64,000 nt of DNA from an uncultured Weeksellaceae bacterium (GTDB lineage Bacteria; Bacteroidota; Bacteroidia; Flavobacteriales_D; UBA2798): NCBI GenBank assembly GCA_964460845.1, contig CAYWRZ010000005.1:95644-159643 (forward strand), given 5' to 3'. Both the position numbers and the translations under genes were made by a program. Under the pieces are notes generated by a model. It had not been told where the DNA came from. It made no database searches and saw only the letters and a program-made list of their open reading frames with translations. Shown here in pieces: positions 9,560 through 19,584 of this stretch. Every line of letters starts with the position of its first letter. Position 1 is the first letter of the stretch.

Positions 9560-11323
9560 ATGAAAAAATTTCTGCTTCTACTGCTGCTCGCATTGACAGG
9601 CAATATGCTTGTCGCCCAACAGTCAGTACATTACACCCTGCGAATGGAAAAACCGCATACCCATTATTTTGAGGTAGATATGGCACTCGATGGACTTTCC
9701 GGTAAATCGATCGATCTAAAAATGCCGGTTTGGGCACCGGGCTCGTACCTGGTTCGCGAGTTTCCAGGCAATGTGGACGAATTCAAGGCCGAAAGCAAAG
9801 GAAAAACGCTTCAGTCTTATAAAACCGATAAAAATACATGGCGTATAGTGCTCGAAGGCAACCGCAATATCCGCATTTCTTACAAAGTATATGCCTACGA
9901 ACTGTCGGTACGCACCAGCTTTATCGACGCTTCGCATGCCTACCTCAACGGTACCAGCGTATTTATGTACGTAGCCGGAAAAAAGCACCTGCCCGGTACC
10001 TTACGCGTTGTACCCTTTCCCGAATGGAAAAAAATAAGCACCTCGCTCGAAGCCACCGAACCCTGGCATTACCGCTTTCCGGATTATGACCTGCTGGCCG
10101 ACAGTCCGATAGAAATCGGTAACCACCACTCCTTTTATTTTGAAGCGGCCGGAGTGACCCACGAAATCGCTATGTACGGCGAAGGCAATTACGACAGCAC
10201 GCGTTTGAAACACGATATGGCGCTTATTGCAGAAGAATGTACCCGCGTATTCGGAGAAAATCCGGTCAAAAACTACGTATTTATTATCCATAACCTGAGC
10301 GAAGGCGGGGGTGGACTCGAGCACCTCTACTCGACCACCTTACAGGTAAACCGTTGGAGCTATACCGGCTCGGGATACTACCGTTTTCTGAACCTCGTAG
10401 CGCACGAATATTTCCATTTGTGGCTGGTCAAACGCCTGCGTCCCGATGTGCTGGGGCCTTTCGACTACGATCGCGAAAACTACACCACCCTGCTTTGGGT
10501 GATGGAAGGCTTTACCAGCTATTATGCCGATCTGATCCTGAGACGCGCCGGGTTTTATGACACACCGGCCTACCTGCGTACTTTTTCAAACGTCCTTACA
10601 AATGTGGAAAACCAGCCCGGAAATAAAGTACAATCCGTGACCGAATCGAGCTTCGATGCCTGGATAAAAGCATACCGGCCCCACGACAACAGCGTAAATT
10701 CAAGCATTTCCTATTATTCCAAAGGACAGGTGCTTGGTGCATTACTCGATATCAGCCTGATAGAAGCTACCGGAGGAGAAAAAAAGCTGGACGATCTGCT
10801 GCGCCACCTTTATCAGGAATATTATAAGAAACGTAAACGCGGACTCAGCGAAGCTGAATTCAGGCAGGAAACTGAAAAAATGGCCGGGCGTAAAATGGAT
10901 ACTTTCTTTACGCAATACGTATATGGTACCGCCACACCCGATTACAAAACGCTGTTTACCGCTATCGGATTGAAATTTGAGCAGCTACCACGTCTGCGCA
11001 CCGGTTTGGGCGCTACACTGTCGCTGAAAAACGGCAAATTAATGATTACCCGACTTTTAGCGGGAGAATCGGGCTACGAAGCCGGACTGAATGTGAACGA
11101 TGAGATTATCGCCGTACAGGGCTGGCGGGTAAATCAGGCTGCCGATCTGAACCGGCTGCTGGATGCCTTAACTCCCGGAGATGAAATAGAACTGCTGATT
11201 AACCGTCAGGATCGCATATACACGCTGAACGTGAAACTGTTACCCGGTAATCAACACGACTACCAGGTAACGTTGCACGAAAATCCGCAGCAAAACAGCT
11301 TATGGGAAAAATGGCTGAATTGA
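9560..11323 (+). CDS. M61 family (glycyl aminopeptidase-like) metallopeptidase with C-terminal PDZ domain
   Basis: GGGLEHLYS and HEYFHLW (HExxH) motifs. PDZ-like GLNVNDEIIAVQGWRV. Signal peptide from ATG 9560 (MKKFLLLLLLALTGN). Confidence 0.9.
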   Translation: MKKFLLLLLLALTGNMLVAQQSVHYTLRMEKPHTHYFEVDMALDGLSGKSIDLKMPVWAPGSYLVREFPGNVDEFKAESKGKTLQSYKTDKNTWRIVLEGNRNIRISYKVYAYELSVRTSFIDASHAYLNGTSVFMYVAGKKHLPGTLRVVPFPEWKKISTSLEATEPWHYRFPDYDLLADSPIEIGNHHSFYFEAAGVTHEIAMYGEGNYDSTRLKHDMALIAEECTRVFGENPVKNYVFIIHNLSEGGGGLEHLYSTTLQVNRWSYTGSGYYRFLNLVAHEYFHLWLVKRLRPDVLGPFDYDRENYTTLLWVMEGFTSYYADLILRRAGFYDTPAYLRTFSNVLTNVENQPGNKVQSVTESSFDAWIKAYRPHDNSVNSSISYYSKGQVLGALLDISLIEATGGEKKLDDLLRHLYQEYYKKRKRGLSEAEFRQETEKMAGRKMDTFFTQYVYGTATPDYKTLFTAIGLKFEQLPRLRTGLGATLSLKNGKLMITRLLAGESGYEAGLNVNDEIIAVQGWRVNQAADLNRLLDALTPGDEIELLINRQDRIYTLNVKLLPGNQHDYQVTLHENPQQNSLWEKWLN

Positions 11324-11328
11324 CCGTA

Positions 11329-11514
11329 TTAAAAGCGCTCGTTATCAAGCACATTGTCATTCACCGTGGCAGTCTTATAGTATTTTTTGGCGCCTTTATA
11401 AGCGGGACAGCTCACCCCTCTTTTACCTGCACAGGAAGTCATTAAAAATGCACCGAGAAAAAGAACTGCAGTGGTACGTGCTACGCGGCCAGAGAAAAAA
11501 GAAGTCGCTTTCAT
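11329..11514 (-). CDS. small putative lipoprotein
   Basis: 61-aa ORF with a hydrophobic N-terminus ending LMTSC. Confidence 0.35.
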   Translation of the reverse strand: MKATSFFSGRVARTTAVLFLGAFLMTSCAGKRGVSCPAYKGAKKYYKTATVNDNVLDNERF

Positions 11515-11655
11515 AAGACTGTGTTTTAGGTGTGTGGTTCGGTTTGTTATTCTTATAGGGCGGGTTTCACAAAAATTCCATAAATCTTTTTTATGAAATT
11601 TTAGATTTTTTCTCCCTATCTTAAAAAATCGAAACCGGACATCCTTTTCTGCACC

Positions 11656-12249
11656 TTGCTACTTGGCCTTTTACATACCACAGACCCGCTCAGCGATGAA
11701 AAGCTCATCGAACGTTATAAAGGTTCCGGCAACACCTGGTATGTAGGGGAGCTTTATAAACGTTATTCTACCTCAATAGCAGGAGTTTGCTATAGTTTTT
11801 TTCGCAACAGGGAAGAAACGGAAGACACCGTTATGGAGATTTTTGAGCTGCTGCTCGAAGATCTCAAACGCTACGAAGTGAACGTATTCAAACCCTGGCT
11901 CTTCAGTGTGGTGCGTCATTATTGCCTTCGGAAAAAGGAAAAAGCCACCCGGGAATTTCAAAAACAGGGGGAACTGAAAAAAGATCAAAGCCATTTTATG
12001 GAATTAAGGGAAGAGCTGTCCCTTGATAAAACAGAAGGTATCCGCAAGGAAGAATTGCTCGATGAGCTCGGCAAAGCGATTGCTCAGCTTAAAGAAGAAC
12101 AGCGCATTTGCGTGGAACTGTTTTACCTGCAAGACAAATCGTATCAGGAAATTGCAGCAATCAGCGGTTATCCCTTACAAAAAGTGAAAAGCTACATCCA
12201 AAACGGCAAAAGAAACCTGAAGCTGTATCTCGAAAATACAAATGGCTAA
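11656..12249 (+). CDS. RNA polymerase ECF-type sigma-70 factor
   Basis: Region 2 (FKPWLFSVVRHYCLR) and region 4 HTH (QRICVELFYLQDKSYQEIAAISGYPLQKVKSYIQNGKRNL). TTG start. Confidence 0.85.
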   Translation: MLLGLLHTTDPLSDEKLIERYKGSGNTWYVGELYKRYSTSIAGVCYSFFRNREETEDTVMEIFELLLEDLKRYEVNVFKPWLFSVVRHYCLRKKEKATREFQKQGELKKDQSHFMELREELSLDKTEGIRKEELLDELGKAIAQLKEEQRICVELFYLQDKSYQEIAAISGYPLQKVKSYIQNGKRNLKLYLENTNG

Positions 12250-13321
12250 CTCGCATCCATATCACTTTGGCACGCAGGGAGATCCGAATCCGGCTCACCT
12301 GGATCGGTATTTTTCTACCGTTCCGGACGATGCGGAATCGCTCGCTTTTAGAGAAGCCTTAGAAGCCGACGAGTTTATGAAAGCCGCTTTCGGATCACTT
12401 TCGGCTGCCGAATATGCCGTAGTAAAAGAAATAGCCACCTCGGTCAACACCCGGATAAGCCGGCTTACCGCTCGCCGTCCCTGGTGGAAACGGTATTTTA
12501 TACCCGCCCTGTTGCTACTGCTGGCCTTATTTACGCTTTGGCTGTTCCTGAAGCCCTCGGCCCCTACTACGCCCGAACCTTCTTCTTCTCCCGCACAAGC
12601 TGCCCCTGTAGCGGCACCTCAAAAACCACATTCGCCGGCACCAGCCCAACCCGCCGCGATTCACGAAACCCCTTCCGAAAAACCCGAGCCCACACCGGTA
12701 GCCGCGCCGATACTTCCCGTAGCGGAAAAAGAAGTACCTCCCCTGCCACCAGCCCCTCCCACGCATCCCGAACCGGGAAAAGAACCTAAAGAAGCAGCTC
12801 CCGATCCGGTACCGCAGACCCGCGAAACGGTACTACCCGCCGAAACCTCACGCGAATTTGCAAGCGATCACAATGCGCTGATCCTGCTTCGCGTAGGCAA
12901 TGCCCAGGTTATGTCCAAGCTCAATTTGGCCGAAGCCGAAAGTGTAGCGCCCGATTCCCGCCGCGCGGTGAACGATCCGAATATCGGTAGCCCGACTGTG
13001 AGCAGCACACGGCAGGTACGTTACAAAATAGAAGACATGCCCTCATACACCGGTGGCGACCAGGGGCTTATCGGCTACATTCAACGACAGCTCAGCTCAA
13101 GAATCACCCTGCCTCGTAGTCAGGTCGTGCCTTCGGTGGTAGTACGCTTTGAAGTGAATGGACGCGGAAAAGTGAGCAACGTATCGGTATTAGACAATGT
13201 ACCCGAAGCGATGGAAAAAGAAATCATACAGGTTATTCGCGAAGCACCCGGCTGGCAACCCGGCAAAAAAAGCGGAAAAAAAGGATCGCTTGAATACAGC
13301 GTGTTTATTTCTTTTTACTGA
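12242..13321 (+). CDS. anti-sigma-like membrane protein with proline-rich linker and TonB C-terminal domain
   Basis: Start overlaps the sigma-gene stop by 8 nt. One TM segment (ALLLLLALFTLWLFL). P-rich spacer. C-terminus MPSYTGGDQGLIGYIQRQL...VVVRFEVNGRGKVSNVSVL...PGWQPG matches the TonB_C pattern. Confidence 0.6.
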   Translation: MANSHPYHFGTQGDPNPAHLDRYFSTVPDDAESLAFREALEADEFMKAAFGSLSAAEYAVVKEIATSVNTRISRLTARRPWWKRYFIPALLLLLALFTLWLFLKPSAPTTPEPSSSPAQAAPVAAPQKPHSPAPAQPAAIHETPSEKPEPTPVAAPILPVAEKEVPPLPPAPPTHPEPGKEPKEAAPDPVPQTRETVLPAETSREFASDHNALILLRVGNAQVMSKLNLAEAESVAPDSRRAVNDPNIGSPTVSSTRQVRYKIEDMPSYTGGDQGLIGYIQRQLSSRITLPRSQVVPSVVVRFEVNGRGKVSNVSVLDNVPEAMEKEIIQVIREAPGWQPGKKSGKKGSLEYSVFISFY

Positions 13322-14793
13322 TCCGCAAAGAAACGCGGGTTAAAATTGACCAGAAAAACTTTCTCCGTAGCACGGGTAAAAGCCGTGTACAACCAGCGCA
13401 AATATTCGGCATCGAGCATTTCTTCGGTCAGGTAGCCCTGATCGATAAACACCGCAGGCCACTGTCCGCCCTGCGCTTTATGACAGGTCACCGACCAGGC
13501 GAATTTGACCTGCAAAGCATTGTACCAGGGGTCGTCCATTACCTTTTCGCGGCGTTTACGATTGTCGGGTTCCTCGGCATAATCTTCCGAAACCGCGTCA
13601 AACAAGCGTTTAAGATCTTCGGCCGGAAGATTGGGACCTTCTACCGATAACGTATCGAGCAAGAGCTTGCATTCAAGCGCGGGCGCGTCGGGGTAATCCG
13701 TAAGCCGCAGCTCTGCTTCGGCAAAACGAAAACCGTAACGTTCGGTAACCTGACGTATTTTCTGCACTTCGAGCATATCGCCGTTGGCAATAAAACCCGC
13801 CTCCGATTTATCGTCGAGCCAGTAATAATTGTTTTTCACTACCATCAGTCTGTCGGCTGCATTGATCTCATTTTCAATCCAAAAAATACGCTGCCTTACC
13901 TGCTGGTTAAATAAGTTAGCCCTTTTGTTGGAACGGGTCACAAAAATGACGCCTTCGGAGCCATACTGCGAAAATGCCTGTTCCAGCTCATCCTGCAATT
14001 CAGCGCCATTTACTCTTACTACATCTTCAAAACCTTCGGTAAGCAGCTTCGGAAAATTCGTCTTTTTAGCCGCCAATAGCTTCCTTAACTGTGTGGCATT
14101 ATAAAGTATGCCCGAATCCGCTTCCTGCCTGACCACATCTTTCAGCTCGACCGTATTTACCGCAAGCCGGTAATTTTCTTCTATAAAATTTTTGTCCAGC
14201 GCCGGACTGTCGGCCAATCCTACAGGAGGCAACTGCGCCCCGTCGCCTACAAACAGCGCTACACAATTCTGTCCGCGGTAAATATACCGCAGCAGATCTT
14301 CGAGCAGCCGTCGTTGCTCAAACAGCGAAGCCGAAGCCATTCCCGAATCGTAGCTGATCATAGAGGCTTCGTCAATAATGAATACCGCATTTTTCTGCGG
14401 ATTGTGCATCAGCTCAAAATAAGAAAAACCGTTGCGGCTGCGGCGGCCGTATATTTTTTTGTGAATGGTAAAGGCCCTGCGTCGGGTCATACCGGCCAAC
14501 ACTTTTGCCGCGCGACCGGTGGGTGCCAGCAGGACGGGAGTGAGTCCGATACGCGGCAGCACCTGTACCACAGCCGACATCAGCGTAGTTTTTCCCGTAC
14601 CGGCATAGCCCTTCAAAATAAATACACGGAAACGTTCGCGATCGGTTAGAAAATCAGAGAAAGCCGAAAGAAACTGCTGCTGTCCGCGGGTAGGTTCCCG
14701 TTGCAACGCTTCTTCCAGCAAAGTGCGGAGGGTATGGGCCGAAAAGCTGCTCACGTCCGAAATGTAAGCAACCGCCCCGACTCTACCCAACAC
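13315..14793 (-). CDS. RecD-like ATP-dependent DNA helicase (AAA_30/UvrD_C_2 type)
   Basis: Walker A GYAGTGKTT, Walker B FIIDEASM, C-terminal VTCHKAQGGQW motif. GTG start. Confidence 0.8.
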   Translation of the reverse strand: MLGRVGAVAYISDVSSFSAHTLRTLLEEALQREPTRGQQQFLSAFSDFLTDRERFRVFILKGYAGTGKTTLMSAVVQVLPRIGLTPVLLAPTGRAAKVLAGMTRRRAFTIHKKIYGRRSRNGFSYFELMHNPQKNAVFIIDEASMISYDSGMASASLFEQRRLLEDLLRYIYRGQNCVALFVGDGAQLPPVGLADSPALDKNFIEENYRLAVNTVELKDVVRQEADSGILYNATQLRKLLAAKKTNFPKLLTEGFEDVVRVNGAELQDELEQAFSQYGSEGVIFVTRSNKRANLFNQQVRQRIFWIENEINAADRLMVVKNNYYWLDDKSEAGFIANGDMLEVQKIRQVTERYGFRFAEAELRLTDYPDAPALECKLLLDTLSVEGPNLPAEDLKRLFDAVSEDYAEEPDNRKRREKVMDDPWYNALQVKFAWSVTCHKAQGGQWPAVFIDQGYLTEEMLDAEYLRWLYTAFTRATEKVFLVNFNPRFFADQ

Positions 14794-15002
14794 CTTATTA
14801 AAAAGCGGAGGTAATTTTCACAAAAACTCCGCATTCTGAAACTTCGACCGTACGAAGCCCGAAAAAATGCAATTTTACACCCACAAAGCCATCGTTATGA
14901 ATGTGGTTTTATTGTTCTTCAGAAAATGTGCTTCCCCGAAAAAAGCTAAAAACCGGGGAATATGAGTATTTTCGACCCTAAGAACCTGTTGTTCCAGTAA
15001 GC

Positions 15003-15815
15003 ATGACACATACCTCATCCCTCAGCCACCGGATTACCCACCTTTCTATCGAAGCGGGCGAACATTTCGCCTCGGTGTTGGGTGCCGATCGCAGCCGGAG
15101 GGAATGCGGAGCGGTAGAAGTATTTTCGGTACCCGAGCATGAGCGCGCCAAACTTTTTCCTTACCTGCTACGGCATTCCGTACTAACGGGAGAAAATCCG
15201 GTAAGTGTGGCCTTTAGTGTGGCGCATACACGCTGTACCTTAATTCCCCTGGCCTTGTTCGACAAAGCGGGAGCTTCCGAATACCTTGCCTTAAACGTGG
15301 CATTGACCGCTGCCGACGAGATACGCCATCAAGCCGTGCATTCGCTGCAAGCCGTGGTGGTTTTTGCACTTGACCAGTCGCTGCGGCAAGCGGTAGAGCA
15401 GCGTTTCCCTTCTGCCTCTTTCTCCCATTGCGCTGCCCTTTTTCTGGAACAGGCCGCCCAGTGGGAAAATGCCCAGGCTACCCTTCACCTCTGTTTTTAT
15501 CCGGGTTTTTTCCAGATAGCCGTACTGCAAAACCGAAAGCTGCTTTTCTTTAACGCATTTCCCTGGCGCAGCGCCGAAGACGTGGTGTATTATACCCTTT
15601 ATACTGCCGAGCAGCTCAGGCTGTCGCAAGAAAATGAACTCGTACTTTACGGCGAAACTGCAACGGGCGATGCCGCCTCGAAAAGCCTGAAGCGTTTCTT
15701 CCCCCACCTGCGTTATGCCACGCGCAAATCCGATCTCGCGTATAGTAGCGACTGGGCAAGCATTGCCCCTCAGCGTTTTCTCAACCTTATTCACCAGTTC
15801 CGTTGCGCATTATAG
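15003..15815 (+). CDS. hypothetical protein (resembles the DUF3822 family usually found upstream of rsmD in Bacteroidota)
   Basis: 270-aa ORF whose stop overlaps the rsmD start. The family assignment is from memory of synteny only. Confidence 0.45.
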   Translation: MTHTSSLSHRITHLSIEAGEHFASVLGADRSRRECGAVEVFSVPEHERAKLFPYLLRHSVLTGENPVSVAFSVAHTRCTLIPLALFDKAGASEYLALNVALTAADEIRHQAVHSLQAVVVFALDQSLRQAVEQRFPSASFSHCAALFLEQAAQWENAQATLHLCFYPGFFQIAVLQNRKLLFFNAFPWRSAEDVVYYTLYTAEQLRLSQENELVLYGETATGDAASKSLKRFFPHLRYATRKSDLAYSSDWASIAPQRFLNLIHQFRCAL

Positions 15816-16333
15816 GCGGCATATACAAAGGTCGGAAGCTCAATGCACCTGAGCTTTCAGGCACGCGGCCTACTACCGATTTGGCTCGCGAGAGCCTGTT
15901 TAACATTTTGCAGCACCGCATTGATCTCGAATCGGCGCGGATACTCGACCTGTTTTCGGGCACCGGAAGCATTGCCTTCGAATGCCTGTCAAGAGGCGCA
16001 GCAAGTGCTTGCTGTGTGGATCAGAACGGCAGAGCCCTGCGTTTTATCCGCGAAACGGCCAAGGAATGGAACTGCGAAATTGAAACCGTAAAAAGCGAAG
16101 TAGTTCGTTTTATCGGTTCGGAAACACGCAAGCACCGTCTCATCTTTGCCGATCCTCCTTACCAGTTGAAAAACCTGCGCGAGCTGCCCGGTCTTATCCT
16201 GCAACGCCAACTGTTAGAGCCCGAAGGGCTGCTTGTGCTGGAACACGGAAAAGAAAGCGTTTTCAGCGGTTTTGATAACTTTGTAGAAGAGCGTGTTTAC
16301 GGACACGCCAGGTTTAGCTTTTTCGAACCTTAA
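15803..16333 (+). CDS. rsmD: 16S rRNA (guanine966-N2)-methyltransferase
   Basis: MRIIGGIYKGRKL N-terminus, SAM motif DLFSGTGS, DPPY motif (FADPPYQ). Confidence 0.9.
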   Translation: MRIIGGIYKGRKLNAPELSGTRPTTDLARESLFNILQHRIDLESARILDLFSGTGSIAFECLSRGAASACCVDQNGRALRFIRETAKEWNCEIETVKSEVVRFIGSETRKHRLIFADPPYQLKNLRELPGLILQRQLLEPEGLLVLEHGKESVFSGFDNFVEERVYGHARFSFFEP

Positions 16334-16343
16334 TCTTTTTCGT

Positions 16344-16808
16344 ATGGCTACACGCATCGCCGTTTTTCCGGGCACCTTCGATCCGGTTACCCGTGGGCAC
16401 GAAGCAATTATTCGCCGTGCACTGCCGTTATTTGATAAAATCATCGTAGCCATCGGGGTCAACTCTTCCAAATCGACCCTGTTTACCCTTGCACAGCGGG
16501 AGGATTGGCTCAAAAAAATATTCGAAAACGAACCCAAAGTGGAAATCAGCACGTATGAAGGGCTTACCGTCACGTTCTGCCGTGAAAAGCAGGCGAGTTT
16601 CATTCTGCGCGGGCTACGGAATACCGTCGATTTCGAATACGAAAAAACCATCGGCCAAATGAACCTTGCGCTCGAAAATGGCATAGAAACTGTATTCCTG
16701 ATGACTGATGCTGAATTCGCTTCGGTACAATCGACCCTCGTGCGCGATATTTTTCGCCACGGAGGCGATGTAAGCCGTTTTGTTCCTTCTTCGATACAGA
16801 TCCGATAA
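16344..16808 (+). CDS. coaD: pantetheine-phosphate adenylyltransferase
   Basis: IAVFPGTFDPVTRGH (T/HxGH) motif, ~155 aa. Start set at ATG 16344. Confidence 0.95.
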   Translation: MATRIAVFPGTFDPVTRGHEAIIRRALPLFDKIIVAIGVNSSKSTLFTLAQREDWLKKIFENEPKVEISTYEGLTVTFCREKQASFILRGLRNTVDFEYEKTIGQMNLALENGIETVFLMTDAEFASVQSTLVRDIFRHGGDVSRFVPSSIQIR

Positions 16809-16811
16809 ACC

Positions 16812-18272
16812 ATGAAAAAATACTTGTTTCTGCTCGTAGGATGCCTTTTGGCAGTGTGTACCGCACAAGCCGAAACGGTAGTAATAAAAGGGAAAGCACC
16901 CGATTATAAAGGTAAAAAAATTGCCCTCTACGTATATGGCGATTACATTTCCCTACGACTGATCAAAAAAGCCGAAGCTCCTTTACTCGGAGAAAAAGGC
17001 GAATTTTCGCTCGAAACCGATATCAGCGAAATTACAGAAGCCATACTAAAAATAGACGGCGTACAATCTTTTTTGTACCTCGAACCGGGCAATACCTATC
17101 AGGTTACTTTCCCTGCCATTCCTGAAAAACAAGCCATCTCTCTTTCCCAAAATCAAGTACCCATCCTGTTCGATACTCTTGCCCCGTATGATATCAACAG
17201 TCTGATCCTTGATTTCGACGACAGGCTCGATGCTTTTATCGGGAAATATTACCCTATACTTGGAAGTCCGGTGTTCAAAATGGAGCTCGACTCTTTTCGA
17301 ACCCGTATCGGTCAACTCTACCAATCCATTCAAAAGCCTTTCTTCAGAGATTATGTCTATTATTCTTTTGCTTCGGTAGAACAGATAGGTGGCGTAAAAA
17401 CCGATATGCTCAAATTAAAAGCGCTGCTTTATACGGTTTACCTGGCTCCCGAAAAAGTGCGTTACCACCACGGAAAGTATATGCTTTTCTTTAACGAATT
17501 TTACCACGATATCCTCAAGTTAGCCTCGACCGAAGACGAAAAAATTCTGAATCAGGCTATCAACCGCAGGGCCAGCGCTTCGGAAGTAATGCGCCTGCTT
17601 GAATCGGATAAATTCCTGAAAAACGAAAGAATCAGGGAGATGGTGATGATAAAAGCGCTTTCGCAGGAATACCATTCGGGCAATTATCACCCTACACAGA
17701 TCATTGCGGTACTTGATTCGGTAAAGCAATATTCCAATTACCCGGAAAACCGCCTTATAGCCGACAACATGATCCACGTACTTACCCGTATGGGCGTAGG
17801 TTATGAAGCGCCCGGCTTCGCATTGGAGGACATCCACGGCAACACCGTCGCGCTCTCGGACTTTCAGGGCAAATACATCTATCTGCAATTTTGGGCCACC
17901 TGGAACAATACTTCCCTTTCCGAAATGAAGCTGATGACCGAGCTGCATAAAAAATACGGTAACTATATCGCTTTTGTCAGCATCAACGTGGACGACGACC
18001 CTGCCGAACTGAAAAAATACCTGAAAGCGAGGCCGGAAATAAAATGGACGCAACTGCATTATTCGGCACAGCCCGAAGTACTCGATTTATACCGCGTGAA
18101 AACGGTGAGTCTGTACTATTTCATCGGCCCCGAAGGAAAAATACTGCAATCGCCCGCATACCGCCCTACGCCTAACGGCACTTTCGTTTCTATCGAAAAA
18201 ACGCTGTACGAAATTGCACGCAGGAACGATCCCAATCGCAACCGCCCGAAAGAAGGGAAAAACATTTATTGA
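16812..18272 (+). CDS. TlpA/ResA-like thioredoxin-fold protein lacking the CXXC motif, with a long N-terminal domain
   Basis: Signal peptide. The C-terminal ~150 aa resemble AhpC/TSA-TlpA (FQGKYIYLQFWATW...), but the CXXC position reads WNNTS. Confidence 0.7.
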   Translation: MKKYLFLLVGCLLAVCTAQAETVVIKGKAPDYKGKKIALYVYGDYISLRLIKKAEAPLLGEKGEFSLETDISEITEAILKIDGVQSFLYLEPGNTYQVTFPAIPEKQAISLSQNQVPILFDTLAPYDINSLILDFDDRLDAFIGKYYPILGSPVFKMELDSFRTRIGQLYQSIQKPFFRDYVYYSFASVEQIGGVKTDMLKLKALLYTVYLAPEKVRYHHGKYMLFFNEFYHDILKLASTEDEKILNQAINRRASASEVMRLLESDKFLKNERIREMVMIKALSQEYHSGNYHPTQIIAVLDSVKQYSNYPENRLIADNMIHVLTRMGVGYEAPGFALEDIHGNTVALSDFQGKYIYLQFWATWNNTSLSEMKLMTELHKKYGNYIAFVSINVDDDPAELKKYLKARPEIKWTQLHYSAQPEVLDLYRVKTVSLYYFIGPEGKILQSPAYRPTPNGTFVSIEKTLYEIARRNDPNRNRPKEGKNIY

Positions 18273-18297
18273 CCCTCGATCCTGAAACGGAGCGCTC

Positions 18298-18912
18298 TTA
18301 CTTGTCGGAAGCGGGAATTTCTGCGATAATATCGGTTATGGAGGCAAAGGTATTGGCGCGTATATCGTCAAGATGTGCCTTATCTCTCCATTCTACTGCG
18401 GTAATACCCTCTTCGGTTTGCGGAACCAGGGTCTGTGCGCCCTCATACGCCATAAGATACCAGTAGGTCACCTTAATGGCCCAATGTTCGCGATAAGGAT
18501 ACACATGCCAGGTAGAAGGCAGCTCTTTTACGATGAGGTGACCTTCTATTCCACATTCTTCAGCTACTTCTCTCAGCGCCGCTTCGCGCCGATCCTCATT
18601 TTTCTCCAGCTTGCCTTTGGGAATATCCCATTTACCGTTGCGAAAAATAAAAAGATACGCGCCCTCACGATTACGGACAAGTCCGCCGGCCGCTTCAATA
18701 AAGCTGTAGTCGCCGAAAAACCAATCGAAAAGCTGTTTTTTATCGCCCTGTACCCACACCGGCTGCTGCTGCGAACCCTCGGTATAACGTACAAGCAGCG
18801 CTTTCGCATCGGTTTTCGAAGCGCAGTTGTACAATGCTGCATCTTCAGGATCCTGATTGCCTGAAGAATCGCCGATATACAGCGGAAGGTTGTTCACAAA
18901 AACTTTATACAT
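18298..18912 (-). CDS. NUDIX hydrolase
   Basis: Nudix box GKLEKNEDRREAALREVAEECGIEG. Confidence 0.8.
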   Translation of the reverse strand: MYKVFVNNLPLYIGDSSGNQDPEDAALYNCASKTDAKALLVRYTEGSQQQPVWVQGDKKQLFDWFFGDYSFIEAAGGLVRNREGAYLFIFRNGKWDIPKGKLEKNEDRREAALREVAEECGIEGHLIVKELPSTWHVYPYREHWAIKVTYWYLMAYEGAQTLVPQTEEGITAVEWRDKAHLDDIRANTFASITDIIAEIPASDK

Positions 18913-18921
18913 TTGCGGCCT

Positions 18922-19572
18922 ATGTCAATTGGTAATGAATCGGCTTTAAAGGTAGCTGAATTTTTATTGCAGATAAAAGCGGTAAAATTACAGCCGGCCA
19001 AACCTTTCACCTGGGCTTCAGGTCTGAAATCACCCATCTATTGCGACAATCGGGTTACGCTTTCCTATCCGCATATCCGTACCTACATCCGTCAGGAGTT
19101 TGCGCGTAACATTTCCGCTAATTTCCCCCGTCCCGACGTAATCGTAGGCGTGGCTACCGGTGGAATTGCGCAAGGTGCGCTGGTAGCGCAGGAGCTCGGG
19201 CTTCCATTTGCTTATGTGCGTCCCGAAGCCAAGAGTCACGGATTAGGCAATCAGATAGAAGGAGTGGTAGAAAAAGGCCAGTCGATTGTCCTGATCGAGG
19301 ATTTGGTATCGACCGGAAAAAGTAGCCTTAACGCTGCCGATGCATTGATTGCTGCGGGAGGCGTAATAAAAGGAATGGCTGCCATTTTTACTTACGGGTT
19401 CAGCGATGCGGCAGAAAATTTCAGAAAAAAGAGCATTCCGTTGCTTACGCTCACCGATTTTAATACCTTGCTGGAACAGGCGCTACATTCGGGCTATATC
19501 AACGACAAAGATCTCAGCTCGCTTCGCGAGTGGAGCTTCGACCCGAAAAAATGGAGCGCACAGTTCAACTAA
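18922..19572 (+). CDS. pyrE: orotate phosphoribosyltransferase
   Basis: FTWASGLKSPIYCDNR and PRPP-binding loop VLIEDLVSTGKSS. ATG 18922 preferred. Confidence 0.9.
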   Translation: MSIGNESALKVAEFLLQIKAVKLQPAKPFTWASGLKSPIYCDNRVTLSYPHIRTYIRQEFARNISANFPRPDVIVGVATGGIAQGALVAQELGLPFAYVRPEAKSHGLGNQIEGVVEKGQSIVLIEDLVSTGKSSLNAADALIAAGGVIKGMAAIFTYGFSDAAENFRKKSIPLLTLTDFNTLLEQALHSGYINDKDLSSLREWSFDPKKWSAQFN

Positions 19573-19584
19573 CAAGGTAAAAGC

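Noticed and set aside
12484-12789. Several overlapping ORFs on both strands (101, 79 and 60 aa)
   Set aside because: They fall within the proline-rich, GC-rich linker of the anti-sigma/TonB-like gene. That composition keeps alternative frames open.
16214-16813. 199-aa minus-strand ORF
   Set aside because: It is antisense to the rsmD 3' end and all of coaD, both of which have diagnostic motifs.
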